Positions 1 to 10,355 of a stretch of DNA of 12,366 bases are shown one piece after another; the stretch's first letter is position 1; every line of letters begins with the position of its first letter. Location of the stretch: NCBI GenBank assembly GCA_964035545.1, contig CAXIUT010000247.1:1-12366 (forward strand). Reading direction: 5' to 3'. A program made the translations under genes and the position numbers. Below the pieces are notes generated by a model. The model was not told where the DNA came from and made no database searches. It was given only the letters and a program-made list of their open reading frames with translations. Source of the DNA: Bugula neritina. Taxonomy: Eukaryota; Animalia; Bryozoa.

Positions 1-74
1 CCCAACCCCCAACCCCACCCCAACCCCAACCCCAACCCCAACCCAACCCCAACCCCAACCCCAACCCCAACCCC
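1..74. repeat. Left telomere, (CCCCAA)n, Tetrahymena-type C4A2 repeat
   Basis: Tandem CCCCAA units run from base 1 to 74 with a few irregular units, then unique AT-rich sequence begins (TATGAAC...). Confidence 0.98.
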
Positions 75-313
75 TATGAACAAAATCATTCATATATACC
101 ACAGTATGTGACTCAAAATTCAATGATATAAAATATAGGATATACAAAAAAAGAATCCAATTCAATCAAATATGATCTTTCTTTATCTTTTTTAACTACT
201 TTTTTAAGACCTTGATTATTTGTCTTAATTATCTATCTACTATCAAGAATATTAATTTTTTATCTTAGAAGAATTAATGAATAAGTAACTATATTAACCT
301 AAAAAGATCAGAA

Positions 314-766
314 TCAACTCCATCTTCTCACAGAAGTCAATCTACTTTCTGCTTTTGTAGAATTTGTTTTTAACAATCCATCAAGATATTTTTGATCTTT
401 AATATGATTTATTCTGCTCTCTCCTCTATCTTGTTCATATTTACTCCACATTAACTTTTCCTTCATCATGCAATCTTCTTGAGAATGTTTGATATCATTA
501 ATAAATTTTATTCCTTCCTCTTCTCTTTTATTTCTTGAATCTCTGAGTCCATTTCCAAGAGTTTATGATTTCTAAAGAATCTTTTCAAGACCTAAATAGT
601 TTTTAGAGATACCTTCAGTTGCTTGATTAGCTCTATTATCAGCTCGTCTGCTTGTTCGAAGCAAATCAGTTCCTACATTGAAGATTTATCTATCCAAGTA
701 GGGCACTCTTGAGTATAAAGGAACATAGTGCTGGTATACTCTTTGATCATGGTATTTTCCAAACAT
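314..766 (-). CDS. Hypothetical protein, about 150 aa (UAR=Glu code)
   Basis: The frame runs from ATG at 766 to TGA at 316-314 with no internal TGA: MFGKYHDQRVYQHYVPLYSRVPYLDREIFNVGTDLLRTSRRADNRANQ...KAESRLTSVRRWS*. A second in-frame TGA follows two codons later. No family recognised; start and end are less certain than for the conserved genes. Confidence 0.6.
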
Positions 767-871
767 TTTATTGGAAGTATTCTATCTAAATTAATATTTA
801 TTGAAATCATAAACTTTGATATAAAATTAAATAATAGGCAAACAAATATAAAATAAAGTTTATTGAATCAT

Positions 872-1715
872 TCAATTACTTTCATATACCAAATCGAAAA
901 AGACCAATTTGAACATCAAAAACAAGAAGATTTGAGCTGCTCCAATAATTCCATAAACTATAAAAGCTTTTTTCTACAAATCTTACAAATATTCAGCCAA
1001 GTTGAAAACCAAAAAAGCAATTGAATTGATCATACCATAGATCATCAATATCCAATGAAGCCAAGACCATGGAAAGATACTCAACAAAAAGACAAGAATA
1101 AAGCAACCAAAAGAATATCCATAGATACATACAATCTAAATAATATGATCATTACCTCAGGAAATTTAAGAGTATCACACTTAAGAAATTTGAGTAGAAG
1201 ATACAAAATGGCAGGAATACCAAAACCAATTCCATAGATCAAAACAACTCCATATCTTACAAGTTCCAATTTGAAGATATATTCTGATTTCTACCAGTTG
1301 TAAAAGTATCTAGATAGATTTCCTGTAGAACCAAGAAGGAAAATAATGGTAGTCAGAATCCATAGAGGACCATAGAAGTCAGGATTTTATCTAATCTTTT
1401 CAATGAATTCTTTCTTAATAGGCATAAAGTTAAGTTTGATGCGTTCAACCACTTGCTCCTGACTGACTTGGAAATACTTCTAATAGTATGCCAAACTGCA
1501 GAATCGAGTACAACCTTGCTGTTCCTACTCATGGTTGGATGAAGAGTTGATAGGTGGTTATTGTGGCTGTTAGGATTTCCTTTCCTATACTGTTTAATGA
1601 TCCATCTTGATCGTGCAAAAAGTACTTTGTAGAAGTCTGGCTATTCTGGCTGAGGTCTTTCTTGGGTGCGAGGTGATTGACTCACATCTTATCCATCTAT
1701 GCTGTATTCCTCCAT
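872..1715 (-). CDS. YIPF1: Yip1-domain Golgi membrane protein, YIPF1/YIPF2-like, 267 aa; exons 1715-1626, 1605-1156, 1135-872
   Basis: Translation gives SLAYYEKYFQVSQEQVVERIK...ENPDFYGPLWILTTIIF and PEIVCIYGYSF, matching the YIPF1/2 motifs (NPDLYGPFWI, EIVCVYGYS), plus several hydrophobic segments. Two 20-nt GTA..AG introns restore the frame. Spliced length is 804 nt, ending in TGA at 874-872. Confidence 0.9.
1136..1155 (-). other. 20-nt spliceosomal intron (YIPF intron 2)
   Basis: GTAATGATCATATTATTTAG; removal joins ...KFPE to IVCIYGYS, a conserved motif. Confidence 0.92.
1606..1625 (-). other. 20-nt spliceosomal intron (YIPF intron 1)
   Basis: GTACTTTTTGCACGATCAAG; removal joins the ATG-1715 frame to the Yip1-domain frame. 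It lies in a non-conserved N-terminal region, so support is weaker. Confidence 0.75.
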
Positions 1716-1781
1716 TCAATTTTTAAACTAGTAAATATTATACTCACAGAATTCACATTCAATATCAGATATATCAAACTA

Positions 1782-2705
1782 TCAATATTCCCTACTTGCA
1801 TATTTTGACTTATCTAGTGATTAAAAGTAAGGATGATTCAATGCCTCTTCTGGTGTTATTCTATTCAATGGATCATAATTTAACATTTGCTTCAATAAAT
1901 CGATTCCTTCAGCTGATATTTTACTACATTGGGAATCTAGTTTATTTTCAGTCCATTTAGGAAAAGTTGCCTTGAAGTCTTTGAGATTTACAACTGAAGG
2001 CCAAGTAGTTGGAGTTGGAGTTCCTAATATTTTGAATATTTTGAAAAGTTGATCTATTTCTGAATCTCCACAAAACAAACATCTTTTATGAGCCATCTCA
2101 TAGAAAATACATCCAATCGACCAAGTATCTACAGTTGGATAGTATTTTTCCATTCCCAATAAAATTTATGGAGCTCGATACCAGAGAGTAATAATTTAGT
2201 GAGTATACTCTCTCAAAGGGTAAGTATAGACTCGTGCCAATCCAAAATCAGCTAATTTGATATTCAGAGCCTCTTTGTTTACAAGTATGTTCTGAGGTTT
2301 GAGATCGCGATGAACAATTCTGTTGGCATGACAGTACTAGATTGACAAAAGTAGTTGGTAAATGACAGCTTTTACTTGTTCTTAGTTCATAATGGTCCCT
2401 TAGAGGTACTTTTTGAGATCACAGTCGACATACTCAAAGATAAGATTGAGTTTGTTTTCAGCTGATACGACTTATTTGAGGTCTACAATGTTAGGATGAC
2501 TGAGTTTTTTAAGGAGAGATATCTAGCGAACAGCAGTAGATGGAATTCCTTAATCTTAGTGGTCAAGTCTGATCTTTTTGACTGCCACTATGTCGTTAGT
2601 AATTTTATCTCTAGCCTTATAAACCACTCCATAAGTCCCTTAACCTATTTTGCTGATTCTTTGGTAGCGTTAGACTTCACTTCCACCTGAACTATCAATG
2701 ATCAT
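1782..2705 (-). CDS. CDK1: Cyclin-dependent kinase, CDK1/cdc2-like (PSTAVRE variant), 307 aa, intronless
   Basis: KIG[TAA][17 protein letters not shown], [TAA]D[TAA]GIPSTAVR[TAG][23 protein letters not shown][TAA]IITLWYRAP[TAA][23 protein letters not shown]. Length 924 nt, ATG 2705 to TGA 1784-1782, with 12 in-frame TAR codons. Confidence 0.96.
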
Positions 2706-2898
2706 GATAACGGTCTTGGTAATTAATACTAAAATTATCAGATAGTTATCAATAAAAATCCTTTTAAACTAATAAAAAATTATATTAATACTAAAATTTC
2801 ATAAAAAATAACTCTCAATGGGACCTATTAAAAAAAGATCTCGTTATTTTATCACTATTTAAAATCATCCAAAATATAAGCATCAATGATCAAGAATA

Positions 2899-3930
2899 TC
2901 ATCTTATCATAACTTTTTTTTAAACAATTGATTAAGCAGAATCAGCAACAGAATCTTTTTGTTACCATGAATAGGTATTTTTAGCTTGATATAAATTATG
3001 CATATTTTTACTAAAAGTAAAATCTTTTGGTAATTTATCATTCTGATAGCTTCTTTTCACATTTTATTAAAAAACACTAGACTTATTTCTCACCTCAGGA
3101 GATATATATTTAGACACAAAAACTTGAGAGGAATCAACCATAGATATACTTTTAAAACTTTATGACTTGTATGTATTGATCTTACTCCAATAGATATCCA
3201 TAATCTCTCTAAACTCTTTCAACTAAATACTGCCATTGATTTCTTTTATATTCTCACAGACATCTGACCTTAATAGTTCAAACTATTAGTAATACTGACT
3301 GATTTTACTTTCTTCTTCTCTAATTTTTAACAACTGTTTTTAAATGATATTTTCATGCTATTGTATCTATCTATCATACTTTTTATTTATCTGACATATA
3401 ATTTCCCGCCTCTATTATTCGATATCTTATCTAATTTTAACAAAATTGTTTTATATATGGTACTTTTCTCTGTTAAACACTCCAAATTTATCATTTAAAG
3501 TAGTCAAAATATCCTCACATACTTTCACATATTCTTGAGCCTATGTCAACATTTTTGAACCAACATCATCTTTTTTGACTAAAATTACTTTCCTTCCTTT
3601 ATGATTCAAATCAAAAGCACATTCTTCACAGTAGTAAAAAGGAGATTTGTCAAATTATAGCATATACTTTCCCATCTTCTCCCGATGGTTTATACATTTA
3701 GTAGACACATAACTATTCTTAGTTTAGAAAGAAGGTCGAGTAAAAGTCTTCTTTTGTGATGATTTATCAAATTGTACAGGACGATGACTATTCCGAGGAG
3801 AAAGACTAGGAGATCTCACAATCTATTTCTCTAGTTTAGGCTTACTGTAAAAATGATTGGTTATATTGAGAAGAGGATTTCGTTTCATTTTTGGAGATGG
3901 CTGAGGTTTAAGAAGTTTAATGCCTTTCAT
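2899..3930 (-). CDS. Hypothetical protein, 343 aa, with N-terminal D-box-like motif, degenerate B-box-like Cys/His cluster and coiled coil
   Basis: TGA-free frame from ATG 3930 to TGA 2901-2899, with a backup TGA three codons later. It contains RNPLLNITN (aa17-25), C79xxH82...C101xxC104...H110 (CINH...YYCEECAFDLNHKGRKV), then a charged helical region. Confidence 0.8.
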
Positions 3931-3974
3931 TTGAAATATTATCGTTATTTATAAGAATAAGTATTTATATGAAT

Positions 3975-3980
3975 AAAAAA
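3975..3980 (-). terminator. RNA polymerase III terminator (T6) of the tRNA gene
   Basis: A run of six T on the minus strand immediately follows the tRNA discriminator base. Confidence 0.8.
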
Positions 3981-4052
3981 TATCCTGACAGGGAATCGAA
4001 CCCTGATTAATGGTTTTAGAGACCACTGTTCTAGCCGTTGAACTACCAAGAT
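3981..4052 (-). tRNA. tRNA with CUA anticodon (UAG-decoding), probably tRNA-Glu(CUA)
   Basis: 72-nt cloverleaf on the minus strand: acceptor ATCTTGG/TCAGGAT plus A73; D-arm GTTC-AACGGCTA-GAAC; anticodon arm GTGGT-CT(CTA)AA-ACCAT with the anticodon at 4019-4017; 4-nt variable loop TAAT; T-arm CAGGG-TTCGATT-CCCTG. A and B boxes are intact and there is no intron. The amino-acid identity is inferred. Confidence 0.95.
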
Positions 4053-4377
4053 TTATATTTATATCTGTTTTTAGGAATCAAAATACCACCCCTTTTTCCT
4101 TATACAAATATTTCTAAGTAAATAAGTTTAAAGTATTCTTTAAATGGTTCAATAATCTTATTACAATAATTCTCCAAAATAAAAGAAGAAGAAAATCAAA
4201 TAATTATAAACAGATAAAGTAAATATTATTTATTATTCTTGTAAAATTGATAACTACAAAAATGAAAGATATTTTTTAAAATTCTTTTTATATTATTTCA
4301 TACACTGAAGCTGATAAATGGTGTTTTAATAACAACATTAATAATTTAAAATATTTTATTAATAATCGAATTTACTC

Positions 4378-7057
4378 ATGCGTTTGTCGAACAGCCGTTT
4401 GAGCCACGAAGAACAAGTTAAGGTAGTAGTTCGTCTAAAACCCTAACAGACCTAAAATCCAAAAAATAAATGTGTCTACCTCTCTTAACAATAAAATCAT
4501 CTTGTTGTATAAACAGATCTCAAAAAATAAATATTCGTCTTCGATCACGTAGCCCATCAATTCTCCTCTCAACAAGATATCTACGAAATGATAGGAAAAG
4601 AAGCAGTCACCGCCAGTCTCGAAGTACCTCTCTCGTGATCCAGGGATATAACTGTTGTCTCTTTGCCTACGGACAAACTGGAGCAGGGAAAAGCTACTCC
4701 ATCATGGGAGATATTGTAGAATTACAAATCGATCCCAGTTGTAAAAGCAGAGGTATTATCCCCAGATTGCTATAAGATCTGTTCAGTTCGATTTAGTAAT
4801 CGAAAACTAATTTTTCAGTTATCTGCTCGTACATAGAAATATACAATGAACAGATTTATGATTTGGTACTAATCGAATAATATAGCTTTCGTCTGATAAA
4901 AGAGTTCATCAGATAAGGTAAGATCACAGGAAAGGAGTTTTTGTTGAAGGGACCATAGAGATTAAATTGAATTCTTATCAATAGGCTATTTAGGTTCTTT
5001 TAGAAGGAGATAAAACAAGAAAAATAGCAACCACATCAATGAATAACTAAAGTTCACGCTCACATGTCATCTTCTCAATAGTCATTTAATCGTAAATTCG
5101 ATAAGGATAAGTATACAAAACAAAGAAATCAAAACTCAATATAATTGATTTAGCAGGCAGTTAAAGAGTCAAGTATACAAACGTTGAAGGATAGAGATTA
5201 AGATAAGGTTGTAATATCAATAAATCTTTACATGTGCTTGGAAATGTCATCAATTCTTTAGTTTAATCAACAAAAAAGAAAAAACATATTCCCTATAGAG
5301 ATTCTAAACTTACGTATTTTCTTAAAGATTCTCTTGGAGGTAACTCAATAACCAAGTTATTAGCTAACGTTCACTGCAAAAAAGAATATTATGGAGATAC
5401 TTTATCAACTCTTATGTTTGCTAAGAGAGCTAAAATATTGAAAATGAAGGTATAAGTCAATTAAAATTGTACATAAAATTATTAATCTTTGAGAAATCAA
5501 ATCAAAAAGTTGAGATCTGAGCTAGCTGAAGCTAAATATTTTAGATAAAGTTCAAAAACTTAAGGGACAAGTTTTTATGAACTTGAACCTCAAAATTTAT
5601 AAAGATATACTGAACGTTCAGTATAATCATTACCAAGTACAAGCATCGTCAAAGTTTTCTAATAAAACTAAATCCACTATAAAACACTCATTTAAATGTA
5701 CTAAGAACATATGAAAAATTGTGTCAATATAAATAAAAGAAGAAACAGCATAAATAGAATATAATAATGGAAAAATCTATAAAGAAAAAATATTGCCTTG
5801 ACTAATCTAGTCAAACAATTTCCTAGCTTTACCAGAATATACAAAGAAAATATATTATTGAAACAATAAAGAAATAAAATAGATTAATGTTCAAATTCAA
5901 CTTAAAAATATACCAATAAGAAAGGAAGTACTCAATATACAACCTTTATTTCAATAAAATAACCTTAACAAGAACAAAAATAAGTATCTTTGGAGTAAAT
6001 AATAAAAACATATTAAGATCTAATCGATAATATGAAGACTAAATTTACTTAGCAATTTGATATTCTTGAGAAATCTTATATTTAGTTAGAACAAGACTGC
6101 AACTTAAAAGATAAGAAGGTTAAATAACTTATAAAAAGACAAAATCTTCCTCCAGATATCTAATAATTACAAAATTAAAATTAGTATCTTCAACTAAATA
6201 TATTAAACCTTGAAAATTAGATAAAATAATTATAATAAAATATCAATAAGTTAAATCTCTAAAAAAGTAAAAAACTATTTCATAAAAAAACACACTAAAA
6301 ATAAAGTTTTTATCAAGAATAAGATGATGATCTTGTAAACTATCTATTATAAAAACTTTCATAAATAAAGAAATAAGCATAAGAGGAAGAAAAGATAGCA
6401 AATACTTAAAAATAAAACATGTAAAGTATAATATCTTAACTAAATGCTCACATAGTATCACTTTCTAATTAAAATAATAAATTAAAATCAAAAAATCAAA
6501 GAAGTTTTAGCCAAAGAAAAGAAAAATAACCATAAAAATACCTAGATTAGATCTTTCTTTCAGATAGTAAAAATTTTAGACATAAAAAAATATTTAAAAG
6601 CTAATAACCCATCAACCATTCTGATATCTAATTCAATAACGCACAGTCCAACTTAATCGCCACCTTAAAAATGGAACTCAAAATGAAACAAAAATAGACT
6701 AATAGTCTCAAATAGTAGGTATAAAAATTTGATTTATAAAATAAAAAAGTTGAAGAATAGTTTGGAAAAAATATAAATAATATCATCAAAGAATATAGAT
6801 AAATATATCAAAAACAATTTTCACCACCTCAAATAAAAACAACAAAAAGCATCAGTCGATATAAATAAGAATATTGTCAAAGCATAAAACCTTAAAATAA
6901 AAAATACACCTAAAGATATAACAATAAAAAGTCATCAATCGACAGCAGAGATATCAAAGATAAATAAACTCCTAAAAGCAAAAAGAAAGAAGAATTAAAT
7001 CAAAATGATATTTATAACTATAGTAGTAGTAAAGGCAAGTTTTTTACAACCCGATGA
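4378..7057 (+). CDS. N-terminal-motor kinesin, KIF15/kinesin-12-like, 879 aa; exons 4378-4623, 4644-4865, 4886-7057
   Basis: [34 protein letters not shown] (P-loop), [29 protein letters not shown][TAA][45 protein letters not shown], then a long coiled-coil tail with no TGA until 7055-7057. Spliced length is 2640 nt. The subfamily call rests on IREDxxKGVFV and ANVH and is tentative. Confidence 0.93.
4624..4643 (+). other. 20-nt spliceosomal intron (kinesin intron 1)
   Basis: GTACCTCTCTCGTGATCCAG; removal gives the conserved ...SLE|GYN. Confidence 0.93.
4866..4885 (+). other. 20-nt spliceosomal intron (kinesin intron 2)
   Basis: GTACTAATCGAATAATATAG; removal gives the conserved IYDL|L and restores the motor-domain frame. 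Confidence 0.93.
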
Positions 7058-7106
7058 TCTTTCCTCACTCTTATATATCACTATATTATCCAAAAATATC
7101 TAATCA

Positions 7107-8918
7107 TCAAATAATCGGTTTCCAATCCTTTTTCACTGGCTCATTGTATTTCTTACTTTTAACTGCTTCTCTCTACATCAGCAAAGGCTCACTCTGGTAT
7201 ATATCTTCAAGATTCACTTTAACTTGGTTGTCAGATATTGCTTTAGGATATATTTGCACCTTAGATGATCTACCTAGTTCACAATCTACCCGATTCTTTA
7301 GTATCTAATTGTACTCCTTTTTATTTTTATCAGCTTTTTATTTCTTTTTCTTTTTTATTTATTACTTTTCTATCTTTTATTCTTTATTTTTCTTGATATG
7401 ATTCACATAAGCATCGTACTTTAGAGTAGAATGAGGTTGAATTTTTGGTTCTTAGGTATATTTTCTTACCTTTTTACTTTAAACATGCTCTTATTCATAA
7501 TCCTTATAATATTTATTCAACTGATCTTTAGGTTCACGAGGTTGACTTAAGTTAAAAGGTTTCACTTGGGTTGACTTTCTTTCTTAATATTTATATTACT
7601 CCATTTCAGCCATACCCCTTCGATGGATGTCTTCAAAATTAGGAATAGATTTTTGTTTTTCCACATATTTTTGTTTTGTATATTTCTTTTCTAATTCTAT
7701 ATTTTTTTATTGAATAACTTCAGTATAATTATTAAGATATTTCATTGTTGATGGATAATTTGAAGAATGCAAAAGTTCTAGAGCTCTTTTTTTCTTATCA
7801 TCCTAACTAGCCAATTTAATTTGTTTAGGATTATAAGTTGTTTTTGGAACCTATTTCGGATTAATATTTCTATTTTTATCCCAATTATAATAATCTTCTA
7901 TTTTAATGACATCAGCTTTAGCAGTCAGATTAAAAGGCTATGGTTTTGTCTTTTACATTTGAGATTTAGGCCTTTATTTTGGTTTATCATATGTGCTCTT
8001 TGGGATAGGATTCGCATGAAACTTATTTTATTTTAAATCTTATTCTTTATTATCTGAAGCTATCATTTTATTATTAACTATTTTCTCCTTTATTTCTGGT
8101 TAGTAAGGAATAGTTATTTTTTTATTTAATAATTAATTAATAATTTACCAATCTAGTTCCCTTTATGATTAATTCTTTCCAAGTGAATTGATATTATTTT
8201 TATCAATAATATTATCTTCAAAATCATTTAAATTAAAATATCCATAAAAGAAGATGTTTTTCTTAAGCAAATCCTTGAACTATTTTAATTTTATAGTTCT
8301 TTAATTTTAAGTATTAATATTATAGCATACTCTACTTAAATAGTTTTAGAAGTCCAACCATAGCTAGTCATTACCTATTTTCTTTTTAAGAAGATAGCTA
8401 GAACTTTTAAATAAAATAAATTAACAAAATACCTCATTAAATTACATATTTTTATTTTTCTTATTTAAAATTTATACCAATTTCTATTTGATTTTTTCAT
8501 ATTAATTCTTGTATAATAATTTATTTGCTTTCTCTTAATAGTTATCAACTTTATGATAAGTTTTCATAAATTTCTTCTCTTCCTAAACTCTTCGATTATT
8601 CTATTCTTATTAATTAATATCAATTATTGATTCTTTTTTATTTACACTCACTAATCTTAATATCGATTTTTGTTGCTATTCAACTATCTATCGAGTCTTG
8701 TTCTATTTAGGCAAAGATTGTTAGTATAGCTATTTTAAGTTACCTATTTTTAGTTGAGAAAATAAATCATCATCATTATCGTTTATTGTTGTTTATGACT
8801 CATTATTTTGCTTATGAGGAGGGTGATAGTTTCTAAAGCCAGCAGAATATTCCTTTCTCACGGGCTTTTTCTTGACCTGCTGATAAGTACTTTAATTTTA
8901 GAATTATTAAAGAAACAT
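7107..8918 (-). CDS. FAM161: FAM161 (UPF0564)-like centriole/basal-body microtubule-binding protein, 603 aa
   Basis: TGA-free 1812-nt frame from ATG 8918 to TGA 7109-7107, followed by a second TGA. The C-terminal half has FAM161-type motifs in the expected order: KITIP, KFHANPIP, PEPFNL, PKEVPKTTY, RALELLHSSNYP, IPNFEDIH, TQVKPFNL, PLLMER. The family was recognised from memory of motifs only. Confidence 0.75.
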
Positions 8919-9078
8919 AACTAACTATTATAATCTCAATTAAATAACTTTTCCTTAATTATGTTTATTTTTATCCATATTTAAACTAAAAAAAACTATA
9001 AGAAAGATCAAAGACCTTGAAATTTAACATATTTTTAAAGATCTAATTTTGTATAATAAATAATAATTTAAAAGAGAA

Positions 9079-10335
9079 ATGTAGCCATCTCTTCAACCAA
9101 ATCAAAACCAACAATGTCCATATCTATCCACAATAAAACGCCATTTGCTCGACTTCGATCTCTAGAAGATCTGTTGCATAAGTCTTTCAAACACAAACAT
9201 TTATTCTTGTCTGATATGTGGAAAATATTATCAAGGAAAAAATATTGAATCTCCCCTCTACGAGCACAGCATCGAATTCAATCATCATCTCTTTATCAAC
9301 CTCACAACAAACAAAATATATTGTTAACCCGATAACTACGAAGTACAATCACATACTCTCAATGATATCAAGTTCAATTTACAACCTGTTTATCATAAAA
9401 CTGATCTGGAACTCCTCTATTCGTATCAACAAAAATACAACATAGATGGAAAATCTTATATTCCAGGAATAATTGGTATTAACAACCTAAAAGGTACTGA
9501 CTATGCCAACTGTGTCTTTCAATTATTCAATACAATTAGACCCATCAGATAGTTCTTTTTGCTTGATTAGCACTTCTAAGATCCTTTTCTTTAAAAATAT
9601 AGTATTTTCATAAAGAAGATATGGAACTATCAGCAGTTTAAAGGATCTATCAGTCCACATTAAATAATGCAAACTATTACTGATAAATCTAATAAATTGT
9701 ATAAGATAGGGAAAAAAAGTGATCCCTCTAACTTTATCATCTGGTTCATTGATAACCTTTTTAGGAGTTTGAAAAAATAAAAAAGCAAATTCAATCTTTT
9801 ATCTCTTTTTCAAGGTAATATAAAAACATCCTACATTAAAGGCATTAAAAATTCTGCTTAATATTAAAACTTTCCAACAAAAATAGAGAATAAAAATTTT
9901 ACCATCATAAAACTATAATTTCAAGAAAGAGGTATCTTCAATAAAGTCTAAGATCACGTTGATATCAAAGATATGATGGAATATTACCTTGGATCTAAAG
10001 GAAAGACTCAAGGAGAAGGGCTTTTATATGTTTTGATCACATAGTTTCCTCAATATCTCATTATAGTCTTCAAAAGATTCACTTTCAATGATTATAAAGT
10101 TTAAAAAAATACAAGTCAAGTGATCTACTCAGGCTTTTTGTAAATTTAAGGTCATAAGTATAAGCTAATAGGGCAGATATGTCATCAAGGTAGTGCATAG
10201 AATGGTTCATACAAAGCGTCAGTATGTCATGGAGACAAATGGTTCGAGGCCTAAGATTTGATGATAAGCTAGGTTCTTAAAAAGCAGATGTTACTAGGAG
10301 AACCTTACATTCAGTTGTATTAAAGAATTAATTGA
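9079..10335 (+). CDS. USP39: U4/U6.U5 tri-snRNP-associated protein 2 (USP39/Sad1): ZnF-UBP plus catalytically inactive USP domain, 418 aa
   Basis: CPYLSTIKRHLLDFDL[TAG]KIC, YSCLICGKYYQG, HHLFINL, PDNYE, YIPGIIGINNLKGTDYAN (Asp in place of the catalytic Cys, diagnostic of USP39), KKIWN..FKGSISPH[TAA], KRFTFNDYKV[TAA]KN, YIQLY. ATG 9079 to TGA 10333-10335, no intron needed. Confidence 0.95.
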
Positions 10336-10355
10336 TATCTACTTGTTTATAATTA

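Noticed and set aside
1-74. Variant telomere units (C5A2, C4A, C3A2; also G7 near 12301)
   Set aside because: These are isolated homopolymer-length changes at contig ends, most simply explained as read or consensus errors.
113-313. Extension of the 314-766 gene past two TGAs by TGA readthrough or an intron; the frame stays open to 113
   Set aside because: About 65 TGA-free codons is unremarkable with a single stop codon. Candidate introns here lack the GTA start, the 20-nt length or the -6 A. No conserved gene in the window has an internal TGA, and Trp is encoded by TGG.
592-612. Possible 21-nt in-frame intron GTATCTCTAAAAACTATTTAG in the first gene
   Set aside because: It fits GTA..AG with a -6 A, but it is 3n and stop-free, so the sequence alone cannot show whether it is spliced. 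Not annotated; RNA-seq would decide.
1782-2705. Pseudogene interpretation of genes full of TAA/TAG
   Set aside because: The apparent stops fall systematically on conserved Glu in several genes, catalytic motifs are intact, and no internal TGA occurs.
4053-4377. Possible ncRNA/snoRNA in the longest intergenic region (CTGA motifs, short ACAC/GTGT pairing near 4300-4325)
   Set aside because: There is no proper box C or convincing stem. The very AT-rich sequence is consistent with a divergent promoter region.
9481-9510. Missing catalytic cysteine in the USP domain as a novelty
   Set aside because: Cys-to-Asp is the normal, established state of USP39/Sad1.
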